Below, piece after piece: positions 20,865 through 29,308 of a stretch of 32,000 bases of DNA. The position numbers and the translations under genes are program-made. The stretch's first letter is position 1. Each line of letters opens with the position of its first letter. The notes under the pieces were generated by a model that was given only the letters and a program-made list of their open reading frames with translations, had not been told where the DNA came from and made no database searches. This stretch comes from Thalassotalea hakodatensis (lineage in GTDB: Bacteria; Pseudomonadota; Gammaproteobacteria; Enterobacterales; Alteromonadaceae), in the NCBI RefSeq assembly GCF_030295995.1, contig NZ_AP027365.1, positions 1,860,066-1,892,065 on the forward strand. Reading direction: 5' to 3'.

Positions 20865-20960
20865 ATGCTAAGCCTGATAAATTCAAAGGTAATACTATAA
20901 CTCGTCAACGAGGTAAACTCTAGGTGTATATCATGGATATCAACACTTGTTTTAGATATA

Positions 20961-20993
20961 AAAGTATAGATAAGTCTTCATTATCTATACTTT
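20961..20993. repeat. Perfect 13-bp inverted repeat AAAGTATAGATAA-N7-TTATCTATACTTT
   Basis: Read directly from the sequence. It lies about 100 bp upstream of the ACT-gene start on the minus strand, in the 435-bp pta/ACT intergenic region. Confidence 0.6.
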
Positions 20994-21085
20994 ATTCAGA
21001 ATAAGTTATTAACTTAGGGAATAATATAGTTAAGTTCTATTTTTATTACTAATTTGATGTAAATAACATCAAGTTAATAATGCTT

Positions 21086-21108
21086 CTATCCACAAAAAGT
21101 GTGGATAT
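21086..21108. promoter_or_regulatory. Two DnaA-box-like 9-mers in inverted orientation (cTATCCACA-aaaag-TGTGGATAt)
   Basis: Each 9-mer matches the DnaA box consensus TTATCCACA at 8 of 9 positions. Together they form an 8-bp-arm palindrome (21087-21094 / 21100-21107). Confidence 0.35.
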
Positions 21109-21192
21109 CTTTGTGTGCAAGCTATGCTTATGTTTGTAACTATCTGTTATTTATAGGTTATAATTGCTGTTTGTTTTTTGAGTTGCCTATAG

Positions 21193-21201
21193 TTATTCAC
21201 A
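21193..21201 (+). promoter_or_regulatory. Third DnaA-box-like 9-mer TTATTCACA
   Basis: Fits the relaxed consensus TTWTNCACA at 9 of 9 positions. It lies about 90 bp from the inverted pair. Confidence 0.3.
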
Positions 21202-21299
21202 TGCCATGAAATAGTTAGCAAAATAGCTTACATATTAACTAACGCGCCTAAATATTAAGATTTTAATAGTTAGATGCGTTAGTTTGATGCATTTTTACC

Positions 21300-23408
21300 T
21301 TATATAGCTTGAATAGCGGTCAATGCAATAGTGAAGACAATATCATCGACTAACGCGCCCCGTGAAAGATCATTTACGGGCTTATTAAGCCCTTGTAACA
21401 TAGGACCAATACTGACAACATCAGCAGAGCGTTGTACTGCTTTATAAGTTGTATTACCTGTATTTAGATCTGGAAAAACAAAAACAGTCGCTTTTCCAGC
21501 AACAGGGCTAGAAGGGGCTTTTTGCTGTGCGACGGTTTCCATGATTGCTGCATCGTACTGTAATGGGCCATCGATGATAATATCAGGCCTACGTGTTTTA
21601 ACTATCGCTGTTGCTTCTGCTACTTTTTCAACATCAGCACCTTTTCCAGAACTTCCAGTACTGTAACTGATCATTGCAACCCTAGCTTCAATACCAAATT
21701 TAATAGCTGACTCAGCACTCTGAATTGCAATCTCAGCTAATTGTTCTGCATTTGGTTCTGGATTAATAGCACAATCACCGTAAACGAGAACTTGATCTGG
21801 TAAAAGCATGAAGAAAATGGAAGAAACCAATTTGCTATCAGGTGATGTTTTTATTAGTTGCAACGCAGGGCGAATAGTATTCGCAGTAGTGTTAACTGCG
21901 CCAGAAACTAATCCGTCAACTTGGCCTAACTGTAACATCAACGTTGCTAAAACTACGTTGTCTTTGAGTTCTTGTTGTGCGACAACTTCTGTCATCCCTT
22001 TATGTTTGCGTAGTTCAACTAATGGTGCGATGTAGTTATCTCGAATTAAAGCAGGATCGGTAATAATCAAACCTGGTGGCAATTCGATACCTTGTTGCTT
22101 AGCAATAGTGAGTATATTGTCTTTTTCTCCCAACAACTGGCATCGGGCAATATTTCTTTCAATACAAATAGCCGCAGCTTTTATCGTTCTTGCATCACTA
22201 CCTTCGGGCAGAACAATTAACTTGTTCGCTTTCCTAGAAAGCTCAGTGAGTTTATGACGAAACGCTGGTGGCGAATACTTCGCATGACCACTTACGTGTT
22301 TTGATAATAAGCCTAACCATTGTGGATCGATTTGGTCTGCAACATATTGTTTTACCTTGTCTAAGCGCTGAAGGTCATCTTCAGGTATTTCTGGGTTAAA
22401 ACTCATGAGGTATCGAGAAGTTTGCCAAGTATCCCATGGAACGGATAGTACTGGTAAGCCAGCTTGTAATGCTTGATCGCATAGCTCAAGTACTTGTGGT
22501 TCAGGTTGGTAGCCATTGGTTAATAGAAGTGCACCTACTTTTGTTCCATTTAATGCAGATAAACAGGTTGCGATGATAATATCTGTACGATCGCCAGGGG
22601 TAACAATGAGTCTATTCGGTTGTAAGTGACTCATTAAGTTACCTACACTTCTCGCACAGAAACTGATACTTCTAATTCGTCTGTGATCGATATCACCTTG
22701 ATTAATGATATCGGCATTGAGGTAATTTTTTATATCAATAACACGAGGAGCAATTAAGTCAATTTCCCATGGAATTGTTGCTAGTAACTGAAAACTGCCG
22801 CGCTGAAAGATTGATAATTCGTGCCATTTCTCAGGTGGAAATTTTATTTCATAATTTGTTTCTCGTGGCAGTAGTCCTACTTCATCTTTATCGGGAGAGT
22901 TAATTTTATTGATAATACACCCAAGTAGTTTGGTATTTTCAGTACCTCCAAAGGTACGAGCACTCACTTCTAATCTGTCCTCAAATTCAAGTGGTGTGTC
23001 TTCATCGGGAGAGGCCACTAAAATAATTTCAGCAGAAAGCGCCTGTGCTACTTCACGGTTAATACGAGTAGCATAGGGTTGTCTCGTTGTTGGTAAAAGT
23101 CCTTCAATGATAACGATATCATGTGCTTCACAGGCAATTGAATAGTTATCAACTATTTGCTCAAGAATAATATCGCTATTACCTTCTCCCATTTGCTGTT
23201 CAACGTAACTTAGTGGGATTTCGTTGGTATCTTTGGAGTATGAAATAACGTGTTGTTTATTTTGTAATACATTTCTAGAGGGTTGACTGATAGGCTTAAA
23301 TAAACCAACATCAAGCCCAAGTTGTTGACAAGCGTGTGTGAGGCCAAGAGCAACACTGGTCAATCCAACACCAAAGCCAACAGGAATTAACATGATACGA
23401 CGCGACAT
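21300..23408 (-). CDS. pta: Phosphate acetyltransferase (long form with N-terminal DRTGG/AAA-like domain)
   Basis: 702 aa with the C-terminal PTA_PTB domain (SGAVNTTANTIRPALQLIKT, VYGDCAINP, DLSRGA). Its ATG overlaps the ackA stop by 1 nt (TAATG). Confidence 0.93.
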   Translation of the reverse strand: MSRRIMLIPVGFGVGLTSVALGLTHACQQLGLDVGLFKPISQPSRNVLQNKQHVISYSKDTNEIPLSYVEQQMGEGNSDIILEQIVDNYSIACEAHDIVIIEGLLPTTRQPYATRINREVAQALSAEIILVASPDEDTPLEFEDRLEVSARTFGGTENTKLLGCIINKINSPDKDEVGLLPRETNYEIKFPPEKWHELSIFQRGSFQLLATIPWEIDLIAPRVIDIKNYLNADIINQGDIDHRRIRSISFCARSVGNLMSHLQPNRLIVTPGDRTDIIIATCLSALNGTKVGALLLTNGYQPEPQVLELCDQALQAGLPVLSVPWDTWQTSRYLMSFNPEIPEDDLQRLDKVKQYVADQIDPQWLGLLSKHVSGHAKYSPPAFRHKLTELSRKANKLIVLPEGSDARTIKAAAICIERNIARCQLLGEKDNILTIAKQQGIELPPGLIITDPALIRDNYIAPLVELRKHKGMTEVVAQQELKDNVVLATLMLQLGQVDGLVSGAVNTTANTIRPALQLIKTSPDSKLVSSIFFMLLPDQVLVYGDCAINPEPNAEQLAEIAIQSAESAIKFGIEARVAMISYSTGSSGKGADVEKVAEATAIVKTRRPDIIIDGPLQYDAAIMETVAQQKAPSSPVAGKATVFVFPDLNTGNTTYKAVQRSADVVSIGPMLQGLNKPVNDLSRGALVDDIVFTIALTAIQAI

Positions 23409-24607
23409 TATTTAACCTCCTTAGCGACTAATTGGTGTGTTTGTGTGGCAATGACCCCTTCTTCATCCGTGGGTATCACCCAGCAAGGAATACTTGTTGA
23501 CGTTGCGATATTACCGCTTTTTCCAAATCTTGCTTCGATGTTAGCATTGTTATTTATACTGATATTTAACAGAGTAAGTTGTTCAATGATGTTTTCCCTA
23601 ATAAAGCTTGAATTTTCGCCAATTCCTCCTGTAAAAACGATACTGTCTAGCTGTGAAAAGCAGACAGAGAAGCTTGCTATCATTTTTGCAGCGCGATAAC
23701 AAAACATATCAAGTGCAAGTTTTGCAAGATCATGACCTTGCTCAGCCGCTTCTTCTAATGTTCTGCAATCATTACTTAGCATTGAAATACCTTTTAAACC
23801 GCTTTCTTTATTTAGTAAGGTGTTAACCTGATCTAACGTGTAGCCAAGTTGATCAACTAGATGAAATATAATACTAGGGTCAAGGTTTCCTGTTCGAGTG
23901 CCCATCATTAGACCTTCTAAAGGGGTTAGGCCTAAACTAGTATCCACTGATTTGCCATTTTTAATGGCTGTTACACTACAACCATTTCCTAGGTGTGCAG
24001 ATATTAGGTTACATGTTTCAATCGGTTTATTTAGATATTGTGCAGCCTTGTGCGCAACATAATAGTGACTGGTGCCATGAAAGCCATACTTACGAATACC
24101 ATGATTTTTATACAGCTCATAAGGTAGGGCATATAAAAAGGCTTTTTTAGGCATAGATTGATGAAAGCTAGTATCAAAAACGGCTACCTGAGGTAATTGT
24201 CCTAGTGCCTTTTCTGCCGCTTCAATGCCGAGTAAATTCGCAGGATTATGTAATGGTGCTAAAGTTGATAAACGATGTATCTCATGCTTAACCGCTATGG
24301 AAATTAATACGGGTTTGTTATACGTCTCACCGCCGTGCACAACACGATGACCAATCGCATAAATGGTTGAAGTAAGTTGTTTATCATCTAACACTTCAAC
24401 AAAAAATTTGATCGCCATTAAATGATCATAAGGTGCGGGTAAATGAGATTGTTGTTTATTTGCTTCTTGTTTTATTGAGATAGTTGCATGTGCTGAGTGT
24501 AATTGCTCAACGAGACCAGAAATTAAAACATGGTTTGTTGTTGGGTTAATGAGTGAAAATTTAACCGATGAACTTCCACAATTGATTACTAATATATTGT
24601 TTTGCAT
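23408..24607 (-). CDS. ackA: Acetate kinase
   Basis: N-terminus ILVINCGSSSVKFS, then HRVVHGG, GFHGTSH and FTGGIGENS motifs. ackA-pta order with divergent yfbV, as in E. coli. Confidence 0.93.
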   Translation of the reverse strand: MQNNILVINCGSSSVKFSLINPTTNHVLISGLVEQLHSAHATISIKQEANKQQSHLPAPYDHLMAIKFFVEVLDDKQLTSTIYAIGHRVVHGGETYNKPVLISIAVKHEIHRLSTLAPLHNPANLLGIEAAEKALGQLPQVAVFDTSFHQSMPKKAFLYALPYELYKNHGIRKYGFHGTSHYYVAHKAAQYLNKPIETCNLISAHLGNGCSVTAIKNGKSVDTSLGLTPLEGLMMGTRTGNLDPSIIFHLVDQLGYTLDQVNTLLNKESGLKGISMLSNDCRTLEEAAEQGHDLAKLALDMFCYRAAKMIASFSVCFSQLDSIVFTGGIGENSSFIRENIIEQLTLLNISINNNANIEARFGKSGNIATSTSIPCWVIPTDEEGVIATQTHQLVAKEVK

Positions 24608-24668
24608 TTATATAGGTGAACTTAACTATTGATAAATATAGTATAGCTGACAGATCTAACTTCACGCT

Positions 24669-24682
24669 TTGATTTGGTTCAA
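24669..24682. promoter_or_regulatory. FNR/CRP-family site candidate TTGATttggTTCAA upstream of ackA
   Basis: 9 of 10 match to the FNR consensus TTGAT-N4-ATCAA. The centre lies about 30 bp upstream of a minus-strand TATACT (24645..24640), close to class II spacing. Confidence 0.35.
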
Positions 24683-24761
24683 GGTTTAATTAATAATTAC
24701 ATTTAAACTCATTTAGAGTTTGTGCTATCTTGTAAGTAACAGTTGTTATAATGTATGGCCT

Positions 24762-25187
24762 ATGAATATGAATGTTGTAGAAATTGTAAAGTTAGGTCGC
24801 AAGTATATGTTACTCTGGCCTGATCGTAGAGAACTAGCGGAATACTTTGCTGAGTATCATGCTATCAAAATGGCGCGTCTTGTGTGTAAATATTTGCCTG
24901 GCGTAGCTTTGTTTACTTTAATCATGCAACTTTATTTTGGTGGCGTTGCTTCTTTACCACAATCGGTTGTTTATACCGTGTTTATGCTAAGCGTTCCGTT
25001 ACAAGCTTTAGTTATGCTAGGGATAAAAGCAGATAAATTTTTGCCACCCGCATTAGCGAATTGGTATAAAGAAGGTGTTGCTAAAATTAATCAAAGCGGC
25101 GGAGATATAAAACTTAGCGTGCAAAAACCTCGGTATGTTGATTTGGCACAGTTGCTGAATATTAGTTATCGGCACGCGAAGCATTAA
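24762..25187 (+). CDS. yfbV: UPF0208 inner-membrane protein YfbV
   Basis: Resembles remembered E. coli YfbV (WP...L...F.E...IKM.R......P..A.FTL..Q) and is divergent from ackA. Start uncertain: ATG 24762 is preferred over the track's TTG 24720, and no clear SD exists for either. Confidence 0.75.
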   Translation: MNMNVVEIVKLGRKYMLLWPDRRELAEYFAEYHAIKMARLVCKYLPGVALFTLIMQLYFGGVASLPQSVVYTVFMLSVPLQALVMLGIKADKFLPPALANWYKEGVAKINQSGGDIKLSVQKPRYVDLAQLLNISYRHAKH

Positions 25188-25196
25188 TGGAAAATT

Positions 25197-25219
25197 AAAA
25201 CCGCTGTTCAGGCGGTTTT
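25197..25219. terminator. Bidirectional rho-independent terminator shared by yfbV and rlmA
   Basis: Stem aaaaccgc / gcggtttt with loop tgttcag, and T-runs on both strands. The rlmA stop codon (25208-25210) lies in the loop. Confidence 0.8.
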
Positions 25220-26020
25220 TTTATAAATGCGAATAAGAAAGTCAGCCTGACATTCAAAGTTACTTTCTTGTTTTAATTTTTGTTTTACTTCTTCAGTCGC
25301 TTTAAAGGCAAAGGGTGTCATTGATAGTAAGTTTAGCAAATCATCACCTGAACGTATCGTCATGGTATAGCTCAGCTGTTCTTGCGTATCTAACGTCATA
25401 TTATCAACTGTTATTTTGTCTTCGTCATGTTGCAATGCGCGTTGATAAATTTTTTGTTTGAGCGACAATAAATGGTTTCCGCCAGGTGTCACAGTTATTA
25501 AATAACCGTTGTCTGATAAAATACGATTAAATTCTGCAGGTAATATGGGAGCATAAATAGAAACAATAGCATTGATATGTTGATCATCAAAAGGTAGTTG
25601 CGACAACGTGGCCACTGAAAAATGACAATCAGTATATTTCTTTGCCGCTTTCTTTACGGCTTCTTTGGCAATATCAATACCATACACCGTCTGACAGCTT
25701 TGCTTAAACTGCCCTGTATAAAAACCTTCTCCACAGCCGGCATCTAAAATGACACCATTACTAAGGCTTAGTGCATCTAATATTGATATCAATTTGTCGG
25801 CAAGCGGTTGATAATATCCCTGTAATAAAAAGGCACGTCTGGCGTTTACCATGGCTTTATTATCGCCAGGTTGTTTCGAATGTTTAAACTGAACTGGCAA
25901 TAAGTTAACGTAGCCCTCTTTTGCTTGATCAAAACAGTGTGATTGAGCACAACGATACGTGTGCTCTTTTAACATTAAACTTGATTGGCAAATAGGGCAG
26001 CGATATTGTGCATTTATCAT
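25208..26020 (-). CDS. rlmA: 23S rRNA (guanine745-N1)-methyltransferase RlmA
   Basis: N-terminal Zn-ribbon CPICQSSL...[18 protein letters not shown] motif [10 protein letters not shown]. Collinear with remembered E. coli RlmA(I). Confidence 0.88.
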   Translation of the reverse strand: MINAQYRCPICQSSLMLKEHTYRCAQSHCFDQAKEGYVNLLPVQFKHSKQPGDNKAMVNARRAFLLQGYYQPLADKLISILDALSLSNGVILDAGCGEGFYTGQFKQSCQTVYGIDIAKEAVKKAAKKYTDCHFSVATLSQLPFDDQHINAIVSIYAPILPAEFNRILSDNGYLITVTPGGNHLLSLKQKIYQRALQHDEDKITVDNMTLDTQEQLSYTMTIRSGDDLLNLLSMTPFAFKATEEVKQKLKQESNFECQADFLIRIYKKTA

Positions 26021-26823
26021 GTAAATGTAGACCAGATAGGCGCATGATCAGAAGGCTTTTCAATTGCTCGTAATTCATAATCAATGTCAGATTCAACACA
26101 TTGTTTGGCTAAGTTTTCTGTGGCTAACACAACGTCAATTCGTAGCCCTCGATTATCATCAAAACCACGAGAACGATAATCAAACCATGAGTATTTTTCA
26201 CTGGTCGATGGGTGTAATTCTCTAAACGTGTCTTTAAACCCCCAATTCATTAGCGTTGAAAGCCATTGGCGCTCTTCTGGTTGAAAACTACATTTACCCG
26301 TTTTTAACCAACGTTTTCTATTAGGTTCACCAATACCAATATCTAAATCAATCGGTGAAATATTAATATCACCCATCACTACGAGGTTTTCATCGGGTGT
26401 GTGATGTTCATTTAAATAGACCATTAAGTCTTTATAAAACTGACGTTTATAAGGAAATTTACTTTCATGTGCAATATTATCTCCTTGCGGAAAATAACCA
26501 TTTAAAACCGTAACTTTTTCACCGCGTTCATTGGTGGTCGTTACCATGATCATACGCTTTTGAGAGTCTTCAGTATCGGTAGGAAAGCCTTTAGTCACAA
26601 CATCAGCTGGTTTTTTACATAGCATTGCAACACCGTAATGTGCTTTTTGACCGTGGAAGTATACGTGATAACCCATCGCTTCAACATCGGCAAGAGGGAA
26701 GGCGTCGTCGTGTACTTTGATTTCTTGTAGGCCAATGATGTCAGGTTGATGTTTATCGATTACGGCTTGTAATTGGTGAAGTCTGGCTCGTAAACCATTT
26801 ATATTGAAAGAGATAATCTTCAT
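26017..26823 (-). CDS. xthA: Exodeoxyribonuclease III
   Basis: [19 protein letters not shown], a C-terminal SDHAP motif, 268 aa. It overlaps the rlmA start by 4 nt. Confidence 0.92.
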   Translation of the reverse strand: MKIISFNINGLRARLHQLQAVIDKHQPDIIGLQEIKVHDDAFPLADVEAMGYHVYFHGQKAHYGVAMLCKKPADVVTKGFPTDTEDSQKRMIMVTTTNERGEKVTVLNGYFPQGDNIAHESKFPYKRQFYKDLMVYLNEHHTPDENLVVMGDINISPIDLDIGIGEPNRKRWLKTGKCSFQPEERQWLSTLMNWGFKDTFRELHPSTSEKYSWFDYRSRGFDDNRGLRIDVVLATENLAKQCVESDIDYELRAIEKPSDHAPIWSTFT

Positions 26824-26854
26824 GGATAATGTATTTGATGGTTAGTATTCATTA

Positions 26855-26870
26855 GCGCGAAATAATACCA
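26855..26870 (-). promoter_or_regulatory. Candidate extended -10 promoter (TGGTATTAT) with CGCGC discriminator; putative xthA promoter
   Basis: The minus strand reads TGGTATTATTTCGCGC about 35 nt upstream of the xthA ATG. Confidence 0.35.
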
Positions 26871-26972
26871 TAAGATGATAGTTGTGTTGAATATTGTTCA
26901 CAGTAAATTTAATCTTTATGCGAATTGGTATAAACAACAATATTATCGTTATTTAGTACTGTCGTCCCTTAT

Positions 26973-27241
26973 TAGAGCGTGTTGATCTTTCATGTTTACT
27001 TTTGCCGCAATTTGTTTGGTTTTTATACAAAGCAACACTTGCGCCGTGTAGTTATTCTACTCCAGTCAAGCGTTAACACAGTAGAAATGCCAAACAGATA
27101 CAGCACGAAGGGTTCAACTAAACGCCTCCTGCTCTTTGTTACTTGAATTAACCATAGAATGACTATGCAATAATCCAAGTGCCGCGATCAGGAGGCGTTT
27201 AATTTGAACAAAACTTAAACAGCAAAGATCAACACGCTCTA
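26973..27241. mobile_element. 269-bp non-coding element with perfect 18-bp terminal inverted repeats (TA + 16 bp); MITE candidate or structured RNA
   Basis: TAGAGCGTGTTGATCTTT (26973-26990) is the exact reverse complement of AAAGATCAACACGCTCTA (27224-27241). There is an internal ~98-nt imperfect hairpin (27112-27209) with a perfect 13-bp base (27119-27131 / 27189-27201). No ORF of 20 or more codons is present. The right end supplies the upp stop codon. Confidence 0.45.
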
Positions 27242-27895
27242 GTTTGTACCAAATATTTTATCACCGGCGTCACCTAGACCCGGTAAGATATAGCCTTGTT
27301 CGTTGAGCTTTTCATCGCATGCAGCAATATACACATCAATATCAGGGTGGGCTTTCTCTAATGCGCTAATACCTTCTGGCGCCGCAACCATAAATAATGC
27401 AGTAATTTTTTCACAACCTGAAGATTTTAGTAAATTAATACACGTTATTGCTGAACCGCCTGTGGCTAACATAGGATCAATCACAATGGCGTGTCGTTCT
27501 GCAATATCACTGACAATATTTTCATAATAACTTTCAATACCGATATGCACGGTTCCAGCTTTATCGGTAGAAATATCGTCATCATTGCGTTTTAAGCCAA
27601 TAATACTGACTTTCGCGCAAGGTAAAATAGTTAAGGCTCCTTCTAACATACCAAGTCCAGCACGTAGAATAGGTACTAATGTTGGTTGCTTTTCGGCTAA
27701 TAATGGGGTGGAAATATTGCCAGACCAACAAGCTAAAGGTGTGCTTTGTACTTGAAGGTTTTGTGTCGCTTCTACCATCAGCATAGTAGATATTTCGTTA
27801 GTTAATTCACGAAAAGACTTTGATGACAGGTTAGCTTCGCGTGCTAATGATACTTTATGTTTTAGTAGTGGATGATTACTAATATAAACGGTCAT
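27239..27895 (-). CDS. upp: Uracil phosphoribosyltransferase
   Basis: VPILRAGLGM, PRPP motif VIDPMLATGGS, and a C-terminus PGLGDAGDKIFGT identical in pattern to E. coli Upp. Confidence 0.92.
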   Translation of the reverse strand: MTVYISNHPLLKHKVSLAREANLSSKSFRELTNEISTMLMVEATQNLQVQSTPLACWSGNISTPLLAEKQPTLVPILRAGLGMLEGALTILPCAKVSIIGLKRNDDDISTDKAGTVHIGIESYYENIVSDIAERHAIVIDPMLATGGSAITCINLLKSSGCEKITALFMVAAPEGISALEKAHPDIDVYIAACDEKLNEQGYILPGLGDAGDKIFGTN

Positions 27896-27946
27896 TTCGT
27901 TTCCTTTTGTACAGTGTTATTGGTATTTCGTACTCTGTTTAGTTAA

Positions 27947-28522
27947 TTACCAAACAAGCGCTTTAAAATGTTTTCGACAAAGCGATTCATAGCGTTCGTT
28001 GCCACCCACTTCAATTTGAGCACCTGATGTTACAGCATTGCCTTGGTCATCTGTTCTGACGACAAAATTTGCTTTTTTGCCACAATGACAAATGGTTTTT
28101 AGTTCGATCAATTTGTCTGCCCATGCCAAAAGTGCGGCACTGCCTACAAACGTTTTACCGAGAAAATCAGTTCTAATGCCATAAGCTAAGACCGGTATTT
28201 TTAACATATCAACAATATCAGTAAGTTGCTTTACTTGTTGTTCCGTTAAAAACTGTGCTTCATCGACCAATACACAACTAACAGGGGTTAACTCATGTTG
28301 CTGTGTTACTTGTTGAGCGATATCTGTTTCAGCAGAAAATAAATTAGCATCAGCATGTAAACCAAGACGTGAAGAGATTTGTCCCGTCGAGAATCGGTTA
28401 TCGATATCTGCAGTATAAAGCAGGGTATTCATTCCGCGTTCGCGGTAGTTGTATGAAGACTGCAGCAAATGTGTAGATTTCCCCGCATTCATCGTAGAAT
28501 AATAAAAATAAAGTTGTGCCAT
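27947..28522 (-). CDS. tdk: Thymidine kinase
   Basis: P-loop MNAGKST, VDEAQF, and C-terminal Zn-binding cysteines CHCG...C..H. 191 aa. Confidence 0.92.
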   Translation of the reverse strand: MAQLYFYYSTMNAGKSTHLLQSSYNYRERGMNTLLYTADIDNRFSTGQISSRLGLHADANLFSAETDIAQQVTQQHELTPVSCVLVDEAQFLTEQQVKQLTDIVDMLKIPVLAYGIRTDFLGKTFVGSAALLAWADKLIELKTICHCGKKANFVVRTDDQGNAVTSGAQIEVGGNERYESLCRKHFKALVW

Positions 28523-28528
28523 AAGGTA

Positions 28529-29299
28529 TCAATAGCGCTCACTGCTTGGTTGTTCTACTTTACCCTCAATGGTGGCGAGTAAGTTATCTAATAACCCACT
28601 CGCGCCGAAACGAAAATGAGTTTGATCAAGCCATGAAGCCCCTAAGGTATCCATGACTAAGGTTAAATACTTTGTGGCATCCTCTAAGGTTTTAACGCCA
28701 CCAGCAGCTTTAAAGCCAACATTTGGGTTTACGTTTTCAATAACAGATAGCATGATTTTTGCGGCTTCAGGCGTAGCATTTATATCAACTTTCCCTGTGG
28801 ATGTTTTGATAAAGTCAGCGCCAGCGTCAATCGCTATTTCACTTGCCCGTTGAATTAAAGAATCTGTTTTTAATTTTCCAGACTCAATAATTACTTTTAA
28901 GGTAACCTGCTTACCACAAGCTTGTTTACATGCGTTTACTAATTCATAGCCAACATTTTCATCACCAGCAATTAAAGCATTGTAAGGGAACACAACGTCA
29001 ACTTCATCAGCACCAAGTGAAACAGCTTCTGCTGTTTCTTTCACTGCTTGGTTCACATCACTACCGCCATGAGGAAAGTTAGTGACGGTTGCAATTTTTA
29101 TCTGTTTATTTGTTTTGGCTAAATGTTGTTTCGCAATGGAAATATACTGAGGATAAATACAAATAGCGGCAGTATCTCCATGTTTTGTCGCTGCTTGTTC
29201 ACATAGTTCAATAATTTCTTGCTGTGATTCATCGCCTCGTAAACTGGTTAGATCAACGAGAGAAAGGGCAAGTAAAGCGGTTTGTTGTTGCTCTGTCAT
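28529..29299 (-). CDS. deoC: Deoxyribose-phosphate aldolase (long, E. coli-type)
   Basis: 256 aa with IKTSTGK (Schiff-base Lys region), GFKAAGGV and FRFGASG. Confidence 0.9.
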   Translation of the reverse strand: MTEQQQTALLALSLVDLTSLRGDESQQEIIELCEQAATKHGDTAAICIYPQYISIAKQHLAKTNKQIKIATVTNFPHGGSDVNQAVKETAEAVSLGADEVDVVFPYNALIAGDENVGYELVNACKQACGKQVTLKVIIESGKLKTDSLIQRASEIAIDAGADFIKTSTGKVDINATPEAAKIMLSVIENVNPNVGFKAAGGVKTLEDATKYLTLVMDTLGASWLDQTHFRFGASGLLDNLLATIEGKVEQPSSERY

Positions 29300-29308
29300 G
29301 TTATTCTC

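Noticed and set aside
20578-20871. Plus-strand ORF antisense to the ACT-domain gene
   Set aside because: A shadow ORF. The minus-strand frame is in tight operon register with yffB-dapE.
21086-21108. The TATCCACA/TGTGGATA palindrome as the pta terminator
   Set aside because: It lies about 200 nt downstream of the pta stop and is not followed by a T-run on the minus strand. The DnaA-box reading is reported instead, with caveats.
21808-23699. Plus-strand ORFs 21808..22035 and 23445..23699
   Set aside because: Antisense to pta and ackA.
24720-24761. TTG-initiated 14-codon extension of yfbV
   Set aside because: The extension (MCYLVSNSCYNVWP) overlaps a TATAAT-like box at 24745-24750 and has no homology support. 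Neither start has a good SD, so this remains uncertain.
26973-27241. Retron msr/msd, 6S RNA, or riboswitch interpretation of the structured element
   Set aside because: There is no reverse transcriptase gene adjacent (retron). The shape is not the single long closed helix with central bubble, and the locus is not the usual ssrS one (6S). It lies downstream of upp and about 150 nt upstream of xthA, with no riboswitch consensus I recognise. The MITE or novel RNA reading is kept as a finding.
27500-27620. Roughly 10-residue insertion in Upp (…RNDDDISTDKAGTVHIGIESYYENI…) relative to E. coli Upp
   Set aside because: It is based only on a remembered alignment and lies in a surface-loop region. The catalytic PRPP motif and termini are intact, so it is probably ordinary lineage variation.
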